A stretch of DNA of 64,000 nt from Camelus dromedarius (Eukaryota): the NCBI RefSeq assembly GCF_036321535.1, contig NC_087437.1, positions 83,516,001 to 83,580,000 on the forward strand. Reading direction: 5' to 3'. Positions 19,718-35,635 of this stretch are shown one piece after another; positions within the stretch are counted from its first letter, which is position 1; every line of letters begins with the position of its first letter. The notes beneath the pieces are model-generated. The model was not told the DNA's origin. It was given only the letters and a program-made list of their open reading frames with translations, and made no database searches. The position numbers and the translations under genes are program-made.

Positions 19718-22700
19718 TTAACAGCAATCCTAGAAATTGTGGTGAAGTTATCTTTCAAATTTTTCTGCTCTTAGTATGTCCTAATTTGGAAAGGACATCC
19801 TAGAATGTTTTAGTTTAACCTATCTTTATTAAACACAATACAGATTTGATCAGCAGCACGTGAATGTCAAGCCAGCATCGATGTCTGAGCTCCTTCACCT
19901 GGTTATGCTCATCTCTCTCACGGTGGTTAATGGAGAGAATGTGGGCTGACAAATCCGAGGCTTGGGTTCTACTTCTGATCCCGACTGGAAGGGAACACGC
20001 TAGCTTTGTGTCTCATATCGGCAGCACAAGTGCATGGCTACATCACTGATTTCCCCACCATATCAGAGCATCATAGCAAGCTTCTCCTCCTTCCCTTAGA
20101 TGTGGATGTGGAACAGCAACTTCCAGCACAGCAGTAGAAAAGCCGTAAAGGAAAACACCTGGCAGGATGCCTAGCCTGCACTAAGCACTCCGTATACATG
20201 TATTAAGTCAGTAAATGATAGAAGTGCCTTTAAATATCCTATTTAGAGAAGATATTTTCTTCAAATAGTCAATCAGCGTAATGAGTACTAAACTGCCTGA
20301 ATGAATGCAGAAACCAAGAAATCTTGATTTCTAGCCCAAGTTCCCTACTTTTTCTCAACCCCAGCATGAAGTTCCTGATGTTTTCAGCGTCCAACTTCCT
20401 TTGCAGACCCTCCCTCACACCATGCTCTGCTGCTGCCTTACAACCCTCCACGCATACCCTCCCCCCCCTTCAATTCCAGCCCCAGAGAGAAACTCCAGTG
20501 TCATCCAAGACTCAGCTCTCAAGTTATCTCCAAAGCAAAAGTACTCCAGGACCCCTATACTGCTAAAGTGAGCAGGTAGCCTCTGATCTGTGGGAGCAAA
20601 GGGCCCTGAGCACAGAACTTGCCCTATTAAACTATAAAGGTCTGTGCACTGATTTATTTCCCCACTAGCTTATGGCTACTTGAAGGAAGGCACTGTATCT
20701 TCATTATCTTTGTATTTTTAAGTGTCCCACATAAGATTTGACAAATGGTATATATTTAATAACTTTGTGTGAATTAATGAATAAGTAAAGCCATGATTCT
20801 AAATGCTAAGCAACTTGTTTCTGACTGTCTTAATTCTTATAGATACAAAAGTGTTTTTAATTCTGGACTCGTTACATTTTCATGTCCCAACTACAAAAAT
20901 GTGTGGTATAAAAACTTGATGTATGTTCTAACTTTTTCAGATTAAACATATAATTAACAAAACATTATAGAATCCATCTAAATAAGAAATTCACTTATCA
21001 GTATTCCAATATCAAAAATGTTTTTTTCTCCCCATCTTGAAAGCAATATCATGAAAAATGCTAGATCTGTCTAAATGATAAAACAGAAAGTAAACCTCTG
21101 ACATGTAAAATCTTCATCAACTGTGTCCCTTACATATTTCTTGAATTTTAGCTGAAATAACTTATTGCAATCTATATAACTGCTGGCCCCTAAAATCCTA
21201 CCACATTGCCACTGTGGAAAAAAAAAATTGTATCAGATACATTAATTTGTTTTTACTGTCCATTTTAAAACAGCCAAGGGAGATGTATAGAGAAAAACTT
21301 TGCCTTGGGAAAGTGATATTAGCTGCTGCATGAGTTTCAGACCAAATCAAAGACTGTTATGAAACAAACTTTAAGGGAACCTGTTAAGAAAACATGCAAG
21401 AGAAAAACACACAGAGGTAAATTAACGTTACTGGTGAAATCCCAAATCAAAATGTATAAATTACTCAGAAAATACAAGAGTCTTTCAGAGCAACATATAA
21501 AGATCCAGAAGTGTGAACAGATGACAAGAAGTTTTATCATTTGATTTTTCTTTCAAACCTTTTACATTTTACACTTAAAACCTAATTTCAACAGATTGCA
21601 GTCATTTCATTTTTTCCCCAAAAGATCACCAAAATGTACATGATGTCCAAAGAAATAGGACATGAGAGATAAGGACCAGAATTTTACTCCTCAAGTACAG
21701 GAAACTTAGGTTCTTTTACTACCAGCTCCATCCTAATGAGACCTCAAGGCATTTTACTTTGCATCAATCCAATAATGCAACTTTTGATCTGAAAGAACTT
21801 CTTTTAAAATAAACCAGAGACAAATTCACTAAATTTCCGCTCACTGTAATAAAGCCTTTTGGTAGTTTCTAGAGTCCTTTGGGCAGCAGGGGGATCATTG
21901 CTTTCCATTTTTGGAACTTTCTGGGTAGTTTCAACTAAACTGATTAAATTGATTTACATAAACTAGTTTAAATTTCTAACGAGATAATCTGCAGCATCCT
22001 GGGCATAAAAGTCATATGCTTGTAACTCAAATATTCATTCTTTATACTAAATAACTATATTACCATCTTTAAAGTACTGAACATCAAACTTGCAAGCTTA
22101 GCTTCATGTATTATAATTAGTCCCTTCAGGTACTGATGAGCTACACTCCAGCTTCTTAACAGGTTAGTCATGCCAATATAGTCTATTTTCTGCAACATTC
22201 TTTCTCAGGCTGCAGATGAATCTTCATAATTGAATAGTATTAAGACCATAAAACTGTTCTTTGTTAAGTTTTTCCCTAGTAAAGAAAATAGAAAGAAAAT
22301 GGAAATGTCAAAAACATATAACTTTACAAATAAAGACAGAAAATTTAAAAGGTTTATTTTCACAAACTGAACAGAGAAAAGAATGTATTAATTTCATGCA
22401 TTATGTAACCGTGCATGGGAGCTATAGCTTATCCTACATAACTAGAGGTATGTGATCCACACAACAGTAAGAAAAAAGCAAAACATCCAGACATTTCAAA
22501 TGTTTAAGAAAACAGACATACATATTAAAAAATCTGAGAAGGTTTTACGCATTTCAGCCCAATCGTAACTACCTGTCATGTGAAGGCTTTTTAGGCCCCC
22601 GGGTGCTACATACGGCCGTGCTCTACCCTGGATAAGTGTGAGGTACCTGACACCACAAAGGTCAACCAAAGACACGTGTCATTCTTCAAAGAACATTCTA

Positions 22701-24204
22701 TAAAAGCAGCCTGGAAATAATAGCGTTAGGACATAAGTATCTAATTCACTTTTAGTAAGTATGATTAAGCTACTTTTTTAGCATTAATATTTATTCCCTT
22801 TCAAATTACATAGTTAAGAATATCTTCTCTCTCACAGTAGGGAAGGCTTATAGCTTTTCTATGTAAAGAAAAGATGCAAAATGAGCAATTCTTTTTTTTT
22901 AATGGATGAAAAAGCTTTGACATTAGAGTTTCTGATGATGGATATGAATCTGTTAAAAATTTAAGAACTAGAGAACTTTTTAAAGAATTTCAACCCAACA
23001 ATGAGGTAGCTTCCTATATAAATTACACCAGAAGTATGAATTAATGTATGAAAAATAATCTAAAATATATTACCGAACAGGTTTAAAGGCTTTATGGATA
23101 TTAAAAATGAAATATACATGGTCAGTTATGCATAAAAACAATTATGAAGCTGTTTATTATTTTAATTAACTGAAAATGAAATCATTTACAATGCTTTTTG
23201 ATGAGAGTTTTTTTAAAAACACACTTCAAATTATTGTCTAAATCTTGAAAACTGTATTAATAGTGATCAAAAATATATTTGATGATAGTAATGGACAGCA
23301 TTACACAGCACAGGTTATTTTCTTAAATTGTCTACACTAAACTATTAACCTTTTTTAATGCACCCTGATTACAAAAGACCTATAAGGGAAAAAAAACAAG
23401 TAGGGGCATTTTTACATATGAAAGAAAACACAAAACCTTCAGTTAATCCACTTTTTCTTATATTAAAAAAACTGAAAATTTTTTGTGAAACTAAAACCTA
23501 GAATTCTAGTAACTTTAAAAGTATAGGCTCTTAATTTTAAATAACATTTTATATCTGAAATATGTTCATAATCTTAATAAAAAATATATCCTTGCTTTTA
23601 GTAAATTCACATCACAGAACCAAAACAACTTTAATACTTAAAATGCAGAGTCTCAAAATTAGTAAATATCTTCTCCAAATGTATTATTTAAATAATATCT
23701 AAAATCAGTTACAAGCAGTGCTTAATCATATTGTCAGAATAAACTATTAACCAAAATGGTATTCAACTTTCATGTGATAATACCTACTCGAACTGACAAT
23801 CATTAACAAAGTCTGTAAGTCATTAACATTACTATTAATCATTAACTATAAATCATTTACATTACTAAAACTATAATTCTGTAGGATTTCTGAAACTGGG
23901 ATGGAGAAAGTCTATATCTAAAACTGGGAGCCCAGTGGTCTTTTCCTTTCCTCTAAGTTGAGAATTACTTTTCTTTGCTGAGGTGGTTCTGGTGAATTGC
24001 CCAAAGCAATTATTCTATTAATAAGGGCGGCTTTACTAACAAGAAATAAGAGGCAGAGTATCCTCTTCCATTTTCTCTTGTCCAGTACCAAAGAAATAAA
24101 CATGACCTACCAAGCAAATCCAAAGGAGAAAAAGCACAGACTTTCAGTTCTACCCAATTCCCATGTAACCTCAAAAATCCCACCATTTTAAATTACTTTG
24201 GAGC

Positions 24205-24345
24205 CAAAAAGTCACCTGAGAGGCTGTGCTATGACTGCTGGGCCCCACTCCTAATAATTCTGAATCATTGAGTCTGAATCAGATGATCTGCATTTCTGAC
24301 AATTCCCACGTGCTGCTGATGCTGCAGGGACCGCACTTTGAACAG
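24205..24345. mobile_element. MER5A-like DNA transposon remnant
   Basis: ctgctgggccccactcc...ttctga...atctgcatttctgacaattccca.gtgctgctgatgctgc...accgcactttgaa. Confidence 0.6.
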
Positions 24346-24499
24346 CTTTTAGACAATCCTCTCTTACGGATGTACTCCAGTTTAATCATTTCCCACTGCT
24401 GAACTTTTGTCTCCAATTACATGTTTCCATAAATGAACATCTTCGCACATCATTAGAAATAACCCACAAGCTTTTTAAGGTTCTTGATCCACACTGCCC

Positions 24500-25245
24500 T
24501 GAACATGCCGTCCACTCACAGCACAGCCTGAGCATCAGCCACGTCCACTCTGACTCCCAGAGTATTATCACTCATTATTACAGTTATCAATGTAATAGGA
24601 GAAACGTTTTCATTTTAGTTCCCACTTCTTTGATTGCTAGTGAGAATAAACCTTTTCCCCACTTACTTGAAGTTTGTGTTTCTTTCATTGGAATGATTTG
24701 TTTACACTGCCCATTTTATTCTGTTGGTGAGTTAAGGTCTAAAATTCTCATCAGTTAAAGCATTCTCTGGTATGTTTTGTATATAACTTTCTCATTTGCC
24801 GATTTAATGTATCATTGTTTATGGCGTCTGACATAAGGGAGCCTGAAAACTGGAAGCAATCCAATCTACTGATCACCTCTTTCCTGATGCTTTTCTCTGC
24901 TACCATGCTTAGAAAATTTTCTCACCAAAATAAAATAATTCACACTTAGCTACTTTTTGTTTTGTAGTTTCTTAAACATTTTTATTCCACTTTAATTTTA
25001 ATATAAAACTGAGATGACTATCTAGCTTTTATTTTTTTCTCCCAACTGTTATCCAATTTCCCCAGGTCTTCCTTTCTACAATACATCACATTCAAGGGTT
25101 CAAATCACAGAATAGATGAGGGCCTGTTTCCAGACTGTCTATTCTGTTCCATTTAAGTGTCTAGCAAATATTACATCAGTATGACATCATTTCAATTAAT
25201 GTAGCTTTGTCAGTACATTGTAACATCTGGTAGGGCAAGCCTCAC
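24500..25245 (-). mobile_element. Old L1 (L1M-type) fragment
   Basis: T-rich plus strand with L1-antisense phrases (ctgtttccagactgtctattctgttccatt, tgtagctttg...atctggtagggcaag); approximate. Confidence 0.5.
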
Positions 25246-26182
25246 CTATCACTCTTGCTGGGCAAACTCACATCTATCTGGGTCTCGGTTCTAATAACTA
25301 TATGGGTCCATGCCTACCCTGACTCATATGCTTATTATGATACTTACTGTGAGGAATTAACTGAAAGCACACACGAGGACACTTTGAAACTACAAAGAAC
25401 TACAGAGCTATAAGATATCATCTATATCTGACAATAATATTATTGACGACCTCTTCAAATAATAAAAATAATTCTCAAGTAGAGGTCAAATTGAAATCAA
25501 TAAAAACAGATCCTCCTTAGTTATGAATAAATACTTTTATGTCACACAAAATATCTAATGGACTCAAAATCGTTATAAACATTTTTGGGGTAGAAAATAC
25601 TCCTTCTAGTTCATTTGAGTAAAAGAAAAACAAGTTAGTGCCCAACTGTTAATCACAGAAAGGGAAGAAAAGAGTGATGAAATGCTCCTTAAATATTTGC
25701 AAGATTTGTTTCTTTGAGCTGTGGGAAAGGTTCAAAAGGCCAGTTTTATGAATAAAGTGTATAAATTAAATTTCTTTTCTTAACCCCTTTAATTGGATTC
25801 CACAAAGAAAAGATACTGACAGAGTGTGAACACAAACCTTAGGTCTATTTTGTTCCTGAAATGCAGATAACTGAACACACTGCCTGCCATACTATAGAAG
25901 AATTTAGACAACAGAAAACACTCCCATTCAAGGAAGTCCTAAATCAGAAATAAACCTTATAGTATGACAAAGTTAGTACCTAAAAGGTATCGATACCGCC
26001 CCCTAAAATAGCTCCAAAGGGCCTAAAATACATGTATGGTGCACAGAATCACAGAGGTTTTCCCCGAGTAGCAAGGACGTTACAGCATACTTTTCCAATC
26101 CCCTTAATTACTATGAATAGAACTAAGGTTCAAAAACTAGGTCCAAAAGCTCAATTTTCTAGCTAAGTAAATTTTAAACTTA

Positions 26183-26644
<462 letters not shown>

Positions 26645-29600
26645 TCATCATTTAAAAAATAACACAGATTGACTGGTAACCTATTACATGACACACTCTG
26701 CGCTAGACGCCAGGGACACATCAGTGAATAAGAGATGGCTTCTGTTCCCTAATAGTTTACAATCTACTGAAAGGCACAGTCAGCACATATGTAACGAGGC
26801 TACACAGTAAATGTCACAAAGGGAGAAAAGCAGCACACGTGGGAGCCCAGAACGGTCACAGCTGGTCCAGATTCGGTGGCGGCGAGAGCAGAGGCAATAA
26901 CTCGGGGGATGCCTCCTAGAGGATGTCAGTGCCTGTGTGATGCTTGTGCATCTCCCTTCCCCTTTGCTCTCCCCTCCCATCTCCTTCTCTCCTCAACTGT
27001 GGGTTTAGCGAGGTCTCAGCTTCTAAGGAGTTTACTATGACTGGGGGTTAGGGGACAAAATGAGAAGAGTGAAAGGTAAGTATGAAGACTTAAGGGAGAG
27101 ATAATAGCAAATCTTATATATGTTTAAATTTAGCCTTTATTGTTACAGAGCTAATGGACAGTATTTTGATACACTCAGATACATAAGACACCTAGACAGA
27201 CTTCCTCATTTCAGCATTGTGTTAACCCATGAAGCTGCCAATTGTGGAAAATTGTTGCTCAAGAAGATGAGGAAAGACAGGAACACGATGTATCAATTTA
27301 GAGGAAAAGCCCACTATGAACTGTTGACGGTAAAACACAAAGCCCTGGTATGTGCATTAATGCAAACAGTGGACAGCACCGGGAACCCCTGCAGACACCA
27401 AACACTTTCTGGGGTGCATTCTACCTGCTTGTAAGTAAGATACCAGTGAAGCAAGCTGCCATTCACGTGGACTCAGTGTGAGGAGGGCTGGGCTGCTGTC
27501 AGAAGCACGCGGGCACTCCCCGTCACGCTCTTCCCTAAAGCCTCGTTAGCTGCAGCCCAGTGAGCCAATTCCGCCTGCCTCCGAACAAGCTCACTCACCT
27601 ACTCGTAAAAGTAATGCGGTCTGATAGTATCTGTCAGCTGTCATGCTCACAAGTCCTTATAAAAGGGAAGCTCAAATGTGAGTCAGAAAAATATCAGGTC
27701 ACCAAGGTAAAACCACCTTAGGGCACTGTACGTTCAAAGGATCAAGTTTTGTAAGAAGCTCACCTTCAAGAAGGCAAGAGCACAGTAACTATAATGTCAT
27801 TTGTTCACCTCGTTCCATGTTTTAATCCAAATTCAAAACAGTTTAAAGGACTGCCCCATGAGCCACTAAAACTCTGGCATAGGAAAGGTTGAGAAAATGT
27901 TTAGAACCCATTAGCCCAAGAAATTCATTTCAAGTGGACAATATTTTAAGTTTGTTCCCACCTTAAGAGTCAGGGATATTTTTGAGGAAGCACATAGTAT
28001 TCTTCTATGTGTTAGGCCCTAAATATAACTTGTGAGTCTCTACGTTTAGAATATCACCAGCCTTCTGGAGTCACTCAAAGTCTCACCTTTTATTGGTTTC
28101 AACTGCGACTCGACCCCACACGTCTCCACCTCACCCACCCAGCCTTCTGCTCTTTCTGGGAGCCTGCGCTCTGAGCCAGTTATGCCCTCTCCTCACGGAA
28201 ACAGCATAAAGAGCCTCTCACTCTGGCAGCAGGAAACGGGCTGGGGGGCATTTTGAAAGTGATCATGTGTATGAAAGGTAAACATTTTTTGTTCTTTAAC
28301 TACTACATTTAATTTGTTGTGACGGCCGCCCACAGTCTCTCTTTCTGCTTCCACGTGAACCAAGACTGTATAACGTGAATAGAACAGTGATTTCTTTTCT
28401 GTAACTAGTATGAACTACTGCTCATCCTGGGGAGCTGCTGGAGGAAAGCGAGCCACAGGCTACTCACTAAAATAAATATTCTCAAAATGCTGCAGATCCA
28501 CAAAGGAGTTTTATAAAATTGGAGCAACCATTTAAAAAACAAAAAAAAGGAAAACTTTGAGAACATGGAGATTACATTTTTGACATCAATAAAATCTCAA
28601 GACAAATGTTTTCTGTCAAAAATACTATTTATTTGATTGCCTCAATTATTTTTACTTGACAATTCCTTTTAAAATATAGTGGACTCCTTTCTAAGCAGGA
28701 AGATACATTTTGCTGAAGCAGTGAAAGCCTTCATATTTAATCTTTTTAGGGCAATAAATATGAATTTTAAAAAAATCACTTGTTTCTCCTTTCCCTCAAT
28801 TTTCACTTCTTTGCTATTTAAGAATCCCCAAATCTTAAATTTACTAGAGTATTTTTTCAGTTTCCTTAAATGTCTTAATTGCTTAATTTTTCTCCAATAT
28901 CTTATGAGAAATCTGTATCGGTAATTAAAATACCTGCAACAATAACAAAAATGTAAATTTAGAGGAAAAGAATTAGCAGAAAAGAGTACTGCTATTCAAA
29001 GTGAAGACAACAAATTCTGTATTTATATAATTACATTTTAAAGTCTGATCTAAAACAGCTGTTCTTTGCCCTCAGCCTAGAGAACAGTGAAGCTCAGCCC
29101 TGCCACAAGCTAGGGCCACTGTCACCTGCCAACAGGACTTTGTTCCCACAAGTGAGTACCAGAATGAATGCACTCAGGATTCAAGCACACACCAACAAAA
29201 GACACTGATTCCAGTTGCCAACAAAGATGCTGGTATTCTGCACATAACATATAAAGGCTACTGACAAAGGCATATGTAATCTTGGGAAGTTATTTTTTTG
29301 TCCTTCATACTCAATATGTTGTAATGCAGTGCCCTTGGGTCCAAACTCGTCCATCTATCCATTCTCTTTGCCATGTGCACAATACAGGGAAACACAGGAA
29401 AGCATTAGGTACAATGATCAATAAGACTCAGCTGTGGCTTCAAGGAGCTTATAGTCCAGCAAGATACGCATCGTCGTATCACTGTGTGAGGCTTAGCACA
29501 GGTACGCACACCACGGAGGCACACACCACAGAGGACAACATTTACCTGGCCGGGATGGGGACAGTCCACTGCCCAGAGGAGGAAACATGTGAGTTTGCTC

Positions 29601-30319
29601 CTGACGGGTGAGAAGCGCATGCTAGACCCAGGGTAAGTACAAAGACAGAAGTGTGAAGTATGTTTCTTACAGCAAGAAGACTGGGGCACCACGGAGGACA
29701 GAGAATGAAGTAGAAAAGATGACCAGCCAGAAGCGGAGGGTGAGCGAGGACAAAGCCACAGATGACGATGTTTTCTAAACTGGGAAACTATTTAAGTAGT
29801 TAAGCCAAAAATGGATAAGACAGATAGGAGAGGCGAGATTAGGGCCTTTGTGGGAGTCAGGGGAGGTCAGGCAACAAACTAGTTAGTTGTCAAATGTGTT
29901 GAATTTCTGGTCCCCTGGTGAAGCAGTCAGAGCACAGTTAAGAATGCAACTTAATGATACACAGTGTGTGCAGGGGAAAGAGGGACCAACAAAAGAGCCC
30001 GGGGTGGGGTGGGGGGGGCAGTGATTAAAAGGCAGGCACAAGGAAGAGAAGAAAGCTGTGAAAGAGATGGGGAAGGTCAAAACCAGAAGTCACCCCTCCA
30101 GAATGCTGGTGTCCACTGGCAAAGGACGAAGGATATTTCCAAAAGCAAAGAGGAGCAAAGGCCAAATGTCACTGAGAGGTTAAGAAGGACGAGGTCCGTC
30201 CTCCTCACTGTTCTTCCACACAGGAGGCACTCACCCCTCGGGGACTGTGCATTCACTCATCCCTCCGTGTAGAATGTGCTTCCCCAGAAAGCTCTGTAAC
30301 CCACTCCCCTCACCTCTTT

Positions 30320-30620
30320 CGGGCCTTTACTGAACAGTCATCTCTTCCCTGGAAGTTCCCCCAGTCACTCCATCTGAAATAGTAAACTTGTCTACTCTGA
30401 AACTGCCTATACCCCCTCCCTGCCTTTTTTTCTCCTTTGCACTTGCTAGTATCAAATACACACATACACACAGATTTAGTATCTGTTTCTTTCTCTGGAA
30501 AATAAAAGCCCCAAGGGCAGGGTCTGTGGTCTGTTTTATTCACTGCAGTATCTCTAGCATCTTGAAATGTGCCTGACAGTAAGAGGTGCTTAAATATTTG
30601 TCGGATTAATACATGAAGGA
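30320..30620 (+). mobile_element. L2 3' end
   Basis: gggcagggtctgtggtctgttttattcactgcagtatctctagcatc...gtgcctgacagtaagaggtgcttaaatatttgtcgga is a typical L2a terminus. Confidence 0.65.
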
Positions 30621-31599
30621 ATAGGACTGTAGAGAAGCCCTAGGAATGCAGGAGAAAGAGTTACAACAGCTCAGGAATTTGTGAGAACAGCCCCGAACTC
30701 AAGGTGTTAAACGGTGAATACACAGCAAGGAAATAGGAACAGTCAGTATATAGAAGGCAATACTTTTGAGACTTTTTTTAAGTAGAAACAAGGTGACAGT
30801 TTAAGGTTCCAGACAGACCTTTATTCCTGTTTTAAGGGTCACTTCTACCCCCGTTGCGGAGGGAATAACTGCCGTACAAGAAAAGGCTGATGACTTCCAG
30901 AAAGAAAAGCAGGCGATGAGGTGAAGAAACCAGTGCAGTCGCCAACTCTTCTGATAAAGGGAAGGCGTTAGCCTCGGAGAGGAGCCGGGATGCTTCCTCC
31001 TCCAAGCACAGCGTCAGGGAGCAGCTAAAGCCTGAGCAACCCTGCGAGGGGGAGCAGACAGTGAGCACGGCCCAACAAGCGGCTCTGACCTCCGTAAGGT
31101 GAGAGGAGAGACGGTGAGCTGATGGAGGGATGCGGAGGTGGAGCTGGGGTCTGAGCTCCCCAGGCAGAGACGACTTGGAAGAGTGCCTCGGGGGAATGCA
31201 GCAAAAGGCTGCAGCCGCGTGTCCCAAGGAGCAGCCAGGATCAGAGCAAACTTCAAGGTATCCATTCATTCAGTAAATGGTGAACAGCAAGATACTACTC
31301 TGTGCTTTGATGCAACAGTGAACAAAACATACCCACAGCCCTGCTTTCACAGAGCCTACATTCTAGTGATGGAAGAACTTATTTGCAGGCCTAATTAGCC
31401 TTAGTTTGTCTGCTCATTGAGTAGCTCCAGCAGGTGCTGTCTCAGCATGGTGACTGGCACAGGGAACAAGGTCAAGGGGTAGAGAGCATCACCAAAGAGT
31501 CTGCCCGATGACTCTTCCTTTACAGTGTCAAGCACCTGGCGTGGTCGGGCTCTGCCTTCACTGTGCATAGCTGGGGTGTCCTTAGAACACCCTCATCCC

Positions 31600-33420
31600 C
31601 ATTCCATATGACCCTCAAGTCCAATGACCTCCACTTCCGCTCTACCTGACCCTTTGGCTAACCCTGACCCTTGTCTTTACCTATAACCACCCAACCTCTG
31701 AATCTCAGTCTCAGGCATTCCCGAGTGTGCACACCCTCTCACCTTTCCAGCTCTCTTACTCACTGGCCCGGGTGCACCCACCATACCAGTTCTTCTGCCT
31801 CAGCACAGCTTCTGTCCTCTCTTACTGTGCCCCTTTCAGTTCCCACAAATTTCCATATCTTTTCTATCTGGCCATCAAATATGACTAAAGCCTCTTCTGT
31901 CTGTTCTTCAGTTGTCCTCACCCAGAAAAGTTCCAGTTTTATCTTTTCCACATAAGTGAATGCACCCTGCTTTAAAAATCCGCAGGGATATGCACAGCAA
32001 TGCAGATCTGGGCTGCCAACAAGCCACGATTTACAGCCTTTGCTGGAAATCAGTCTGCAACCTTCCTGGTCTTCCACAGCAGCTATTTCAAACCCTCCCC
32101 ACATCCCTTAAGCCACACCCCCTCCACCATCCCATCCCTCGCTCAGCAGAGGACCCTACCCTCTACTGCACGGGGACCCTCTCTCACAGTTCTGCCTCCA
32201 CCTCTCCTCTACCTGCACCGTAGCAGCCGCCTCTGTCCCACAATGAAGGGAGGAAGGGCTCCTCCTCCAAGAATCCACCAGAGCACCACTTCATGATCCT
32301 TGATGTTTCCTCAGGAACCTCACATCCTCATCTGCACCTTCTGGAAGCCCACCATTCAAAAGACTGAGTCCAGGGGCAGCCTTGCTCTCTCCTCACTACC
32401 AACTTCCTTAAAAGGAGTCACCAGCCCTCACCACCTTCTTTCCCTTTCCTCCCAATGACTCCTTTAGCCCCTGCAATCTGGCTTCCTCCCCAGTTGTGCT
32501 CTGACCATCATCTCTTAGAGGCACTGCCCTACTTGCTAATTCAAATGTACTTTTCCTCTGCCCTGGTCTCATATGATGTGTCTGCAGAAGGTGTCCTGAA
32601 AACCAATCCTCCTTTGGTTTCCTGACATCAGCCTGAGGTTTCCCTTCTTCCTGAATACTCTCTCAATCTCCTTCAAGTTCACATCCTGCTAGCCATCCTT
32701 TACACACCATGTTTCCCCAACTTCCAGCCTGGACCTGCTTTACCTTCACGATCTTCTTATGAGGTCTCATTTCCCACAGGTTAGATGAATCAAATTATTC
32801 CCAGATTGGTATTCCTAACTCAGACTGTATATCCAACTATCGACCAGACATCCGTACCCACCTGGATGCTTCACAGGAACCTCAAACTCAGTATATCCCA
32901 AACTGAACTTGACCGTGCTGTCTCTACTCTTCCATTTTCTATAAACCGTAACATTCCCACTTGTTAAAAAGTCAGATGAAACACCAGGACACCATGACCT
33001 CTCCCCCTGAATACTATGGGCAGTGAGTGACAACTGGTTTCCTCGCTTCCATTCCTAAAGTTCCCCGGTCTGCTCTCCAGACAAAAGCCAGAGTGATCTT
33101 TTAGAATTCAAACTGGATCATCCTTAAAGGCCTCCAATGGCCGTGCACTGCTGTCAGGATAAAATCCAAACTCCCTAGCGTGGCATTCAAGGTCTTGGTG
33201 GATCCAGCCCCTGTGTTTCTCTCTGACACCACCTCTTGCCACTCACAACGCTCGCAGTGCCTGACGTCACCATGTGCAGGCTCGGGAGTCTCAGGAGCAC
33301 ATTTCCTCTCCCCTCCCCTCCTGCTCCCTCTTTGTCTTCTACAGGTATGTCTCTGCCCAATGCTGTCTTCACTGCTGAAATCACTTGTCCCTTGGCCTCT
33401 TTGCCTAGAAAAGTCCTACT
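31600..33420 (+). mobile_element. Long degraded L2 remnant
   Basis: C/T-rich tract with L2 phrases (cctgcaatctggcttcctcccc, cctcaaactcagtatatcccaaactgaact, gccagagtgatctttt, ggataaaatccaaactcc..agcgtggcattcaagg); approximate. Confidence 0.6.
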
Positions 33421-35409
33421 AAAACTCAGGCTTTCCAGAATGGAAACGACCTATACATATGTTCTTCCAATGAGTAACCCTAAAATCCTATTTTTCCTTG
33501 TCACCACAAGGTGAAGGCTAACAATTTCATGCTTTCATCATGAGTAAGGCTGTTAAACTAAATTATTAACAGTTACCCAAATCTGGTATTCGTAAACTAA
33601 AACCAACTGCTTACTAGAGAATTCTAGTTAGTTTTCTCCTAAGACCTCTGGCCACAACACATTACTTGGCACATCTGCTAATATTTAAAATTCTACCACC
33701 AGTAGTTGAAATTTCCTGAATTTTGAGGAAAATATTTATCACCTTATTACTACTGATATCTTGAGTTAACTATAATTTAAATAGTGCTATAATTTTAAAT
33801 CAAAATCACTGTTTATCTTTATCATAATGGATTTAGTTTGTGGTAAGTTGTCTGATTAACTCTGTATAGACTACTGACACATATTTGCATGAATAATATT
33901 TTTCACTAAATGGATTTTACAACTAATGTTAGGGTGCAAAGGTGAGCTATTTATACCCCTGTCGTTAAAGTAATTTTGCTTGGAAGAAAACATTACATTT
34001 TTATTACAGAACTTTTTTTTTCCACTAAAAAAAGTAAATAGGAAAGCAGGTTTGCCACCAAATATTTTGCTAAGCTGGTCATTACTTAACATAACAGAGA
34101 ATTATCTGCAACTTTTGCCTCATGACCCACCAGTGTTGTGATCAGTTCTGGGATGTGACAAATAATTTGTTACTAAAATTAGAAAGCTGAAACTTCATTT
34201 AAAAAGCTGCTCTAGAAAGGAACCAAGGTTACACTTGGTGTCACCTTCATTTCTACAAAATTTCTGATAAAGGGGTATAGTTATGTACAGTGTACCAAAT
34301 CAGTGCTCTCAACTACAGGTGACCCAAGCCAGTCATCTATCATCTGTGTCAGAGAAAAAAAAATACAGGTGAAAATTGCTGATGTAAATGATAGAAGTCT
34401 GAGCCATGGTAGCGGAGTGTGTGCGGGAAGGGCTGGCCCTGGCACAGGGGGCAGGGAAACGAAGGGCAGAATCATTGTCTGATGTCAAGACTGGGTAACT
34501 GGCAGGACCTTTTAGCGGAATAGGGAATGCAGGAAGAGGAGGCAATTAGGATAAAATATACTGAATTCAACTTTGAGTAAGTCAAATCTCACACCCAGCA
34601 ACATCTGCGGGAAAGGTCCATCAAAGGGCTGGCTCTATCACCCTGAAGCTCAGGACACACACTGGGCTGGAGGGACAAATGTGAGCTTCACCACAGGCTA
34701 AGATGAAGGCAGAAACCAGGGCCAGGGCAGGTGTGTGTGGTGAGAAGAGACAGGAACAAGATGACATCACACAGGGGAATAGCCATCCCGTCCTGCTATG
34801 CAAACACTGAGCAAGACTAATAAATGTTTTCAATTCTATGAGAACTTTCCTCTAAAGTTCTCAAATCAGTATCTGGCAATGGTGGAGACAAACTTACTCA
34901 GAAAAATCTTGAGTGTGTACATGACCCTTCATCCTCAGTTTCCATTTTGGTAAGGTGCTCTATCACACCACAGAGCAGGACCGTTCCAGGGCCTGACAGG
35001 TTGGAACTGTCGCAAATCAAACCAGATCCCTTACAATACATTCAATATCCAAGAACTCCGCAAAATCCGGGCCCCAGACCGGCGCCAGCCAGACCAACAG
35101 GCTTAAGCCCTGGCAGTTCCTTTGGTGACGAGAATGGCACAGTGACACACAGTGCCATCTCCAGTTCAGGCACCCTGACAGCACTCAGTCTCTACAGAAG
35201 CAATCAAAGGGTGAGAATTTTTGATTTTCAGCTGAAGTTTAATATGTAAACGTTCATGTACACCTTCTTTTCAAATTCTATAGAGAATCAATGTTTCTAG
35301 TAGCTGAGTCCTCTACTATTCACCCAGAAAAAGCCAGTACCATTCTGAAGCAAAGGGTTAGACCCCAAGTTGTAATCAGATTTTATACAGCAAGAAGGCA
35401 ACTCTTTCC

Positions 35410-35635
35410 GTGAGGACCTTCTCTGTGTCGGGTACCATGCACCGCTGCACACGTTACCTCAGTTCATTCTAAAACACCTCCATAAAATAAGGATTGAACA
35501 CTCCCACTCCAGATCAGCGAACCCACACTCAGAGAGGTTGAGTAAACTTTCCAAGGTTACAAAGCTATCACATGGAGATCTGGGACTGAAGCCCAGTTAT
35601 GCCTGACTCCAAAGACTGCGTTCTTTCCATCACCA
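35410..35635 (-). mobile_element. MIR SINE remnant
   Basis: ctcagagaggttgagtaaactttccaaggttacaaagct...ctgggactgaagcccag...tgactccaaag matches the MIR core. Confidence 0.6.

Noticed and set aside
30001..30018. G-rich tract GGGGTGGGGTGGGGGGGG (possible G-quadruplex)
   Set aside because: Common low-complexity tract in repeat-derived intron sequence with no supporting context.
33262..33269. Perfect CRE TGACGTCA (and a 7/8 match at 58541-58548) suggesting cAMP feedback
   Set aside because: About one 8-mer match is expected by chance in 64 kb; the perfect site lies in an L2 remnant far from the promoter.
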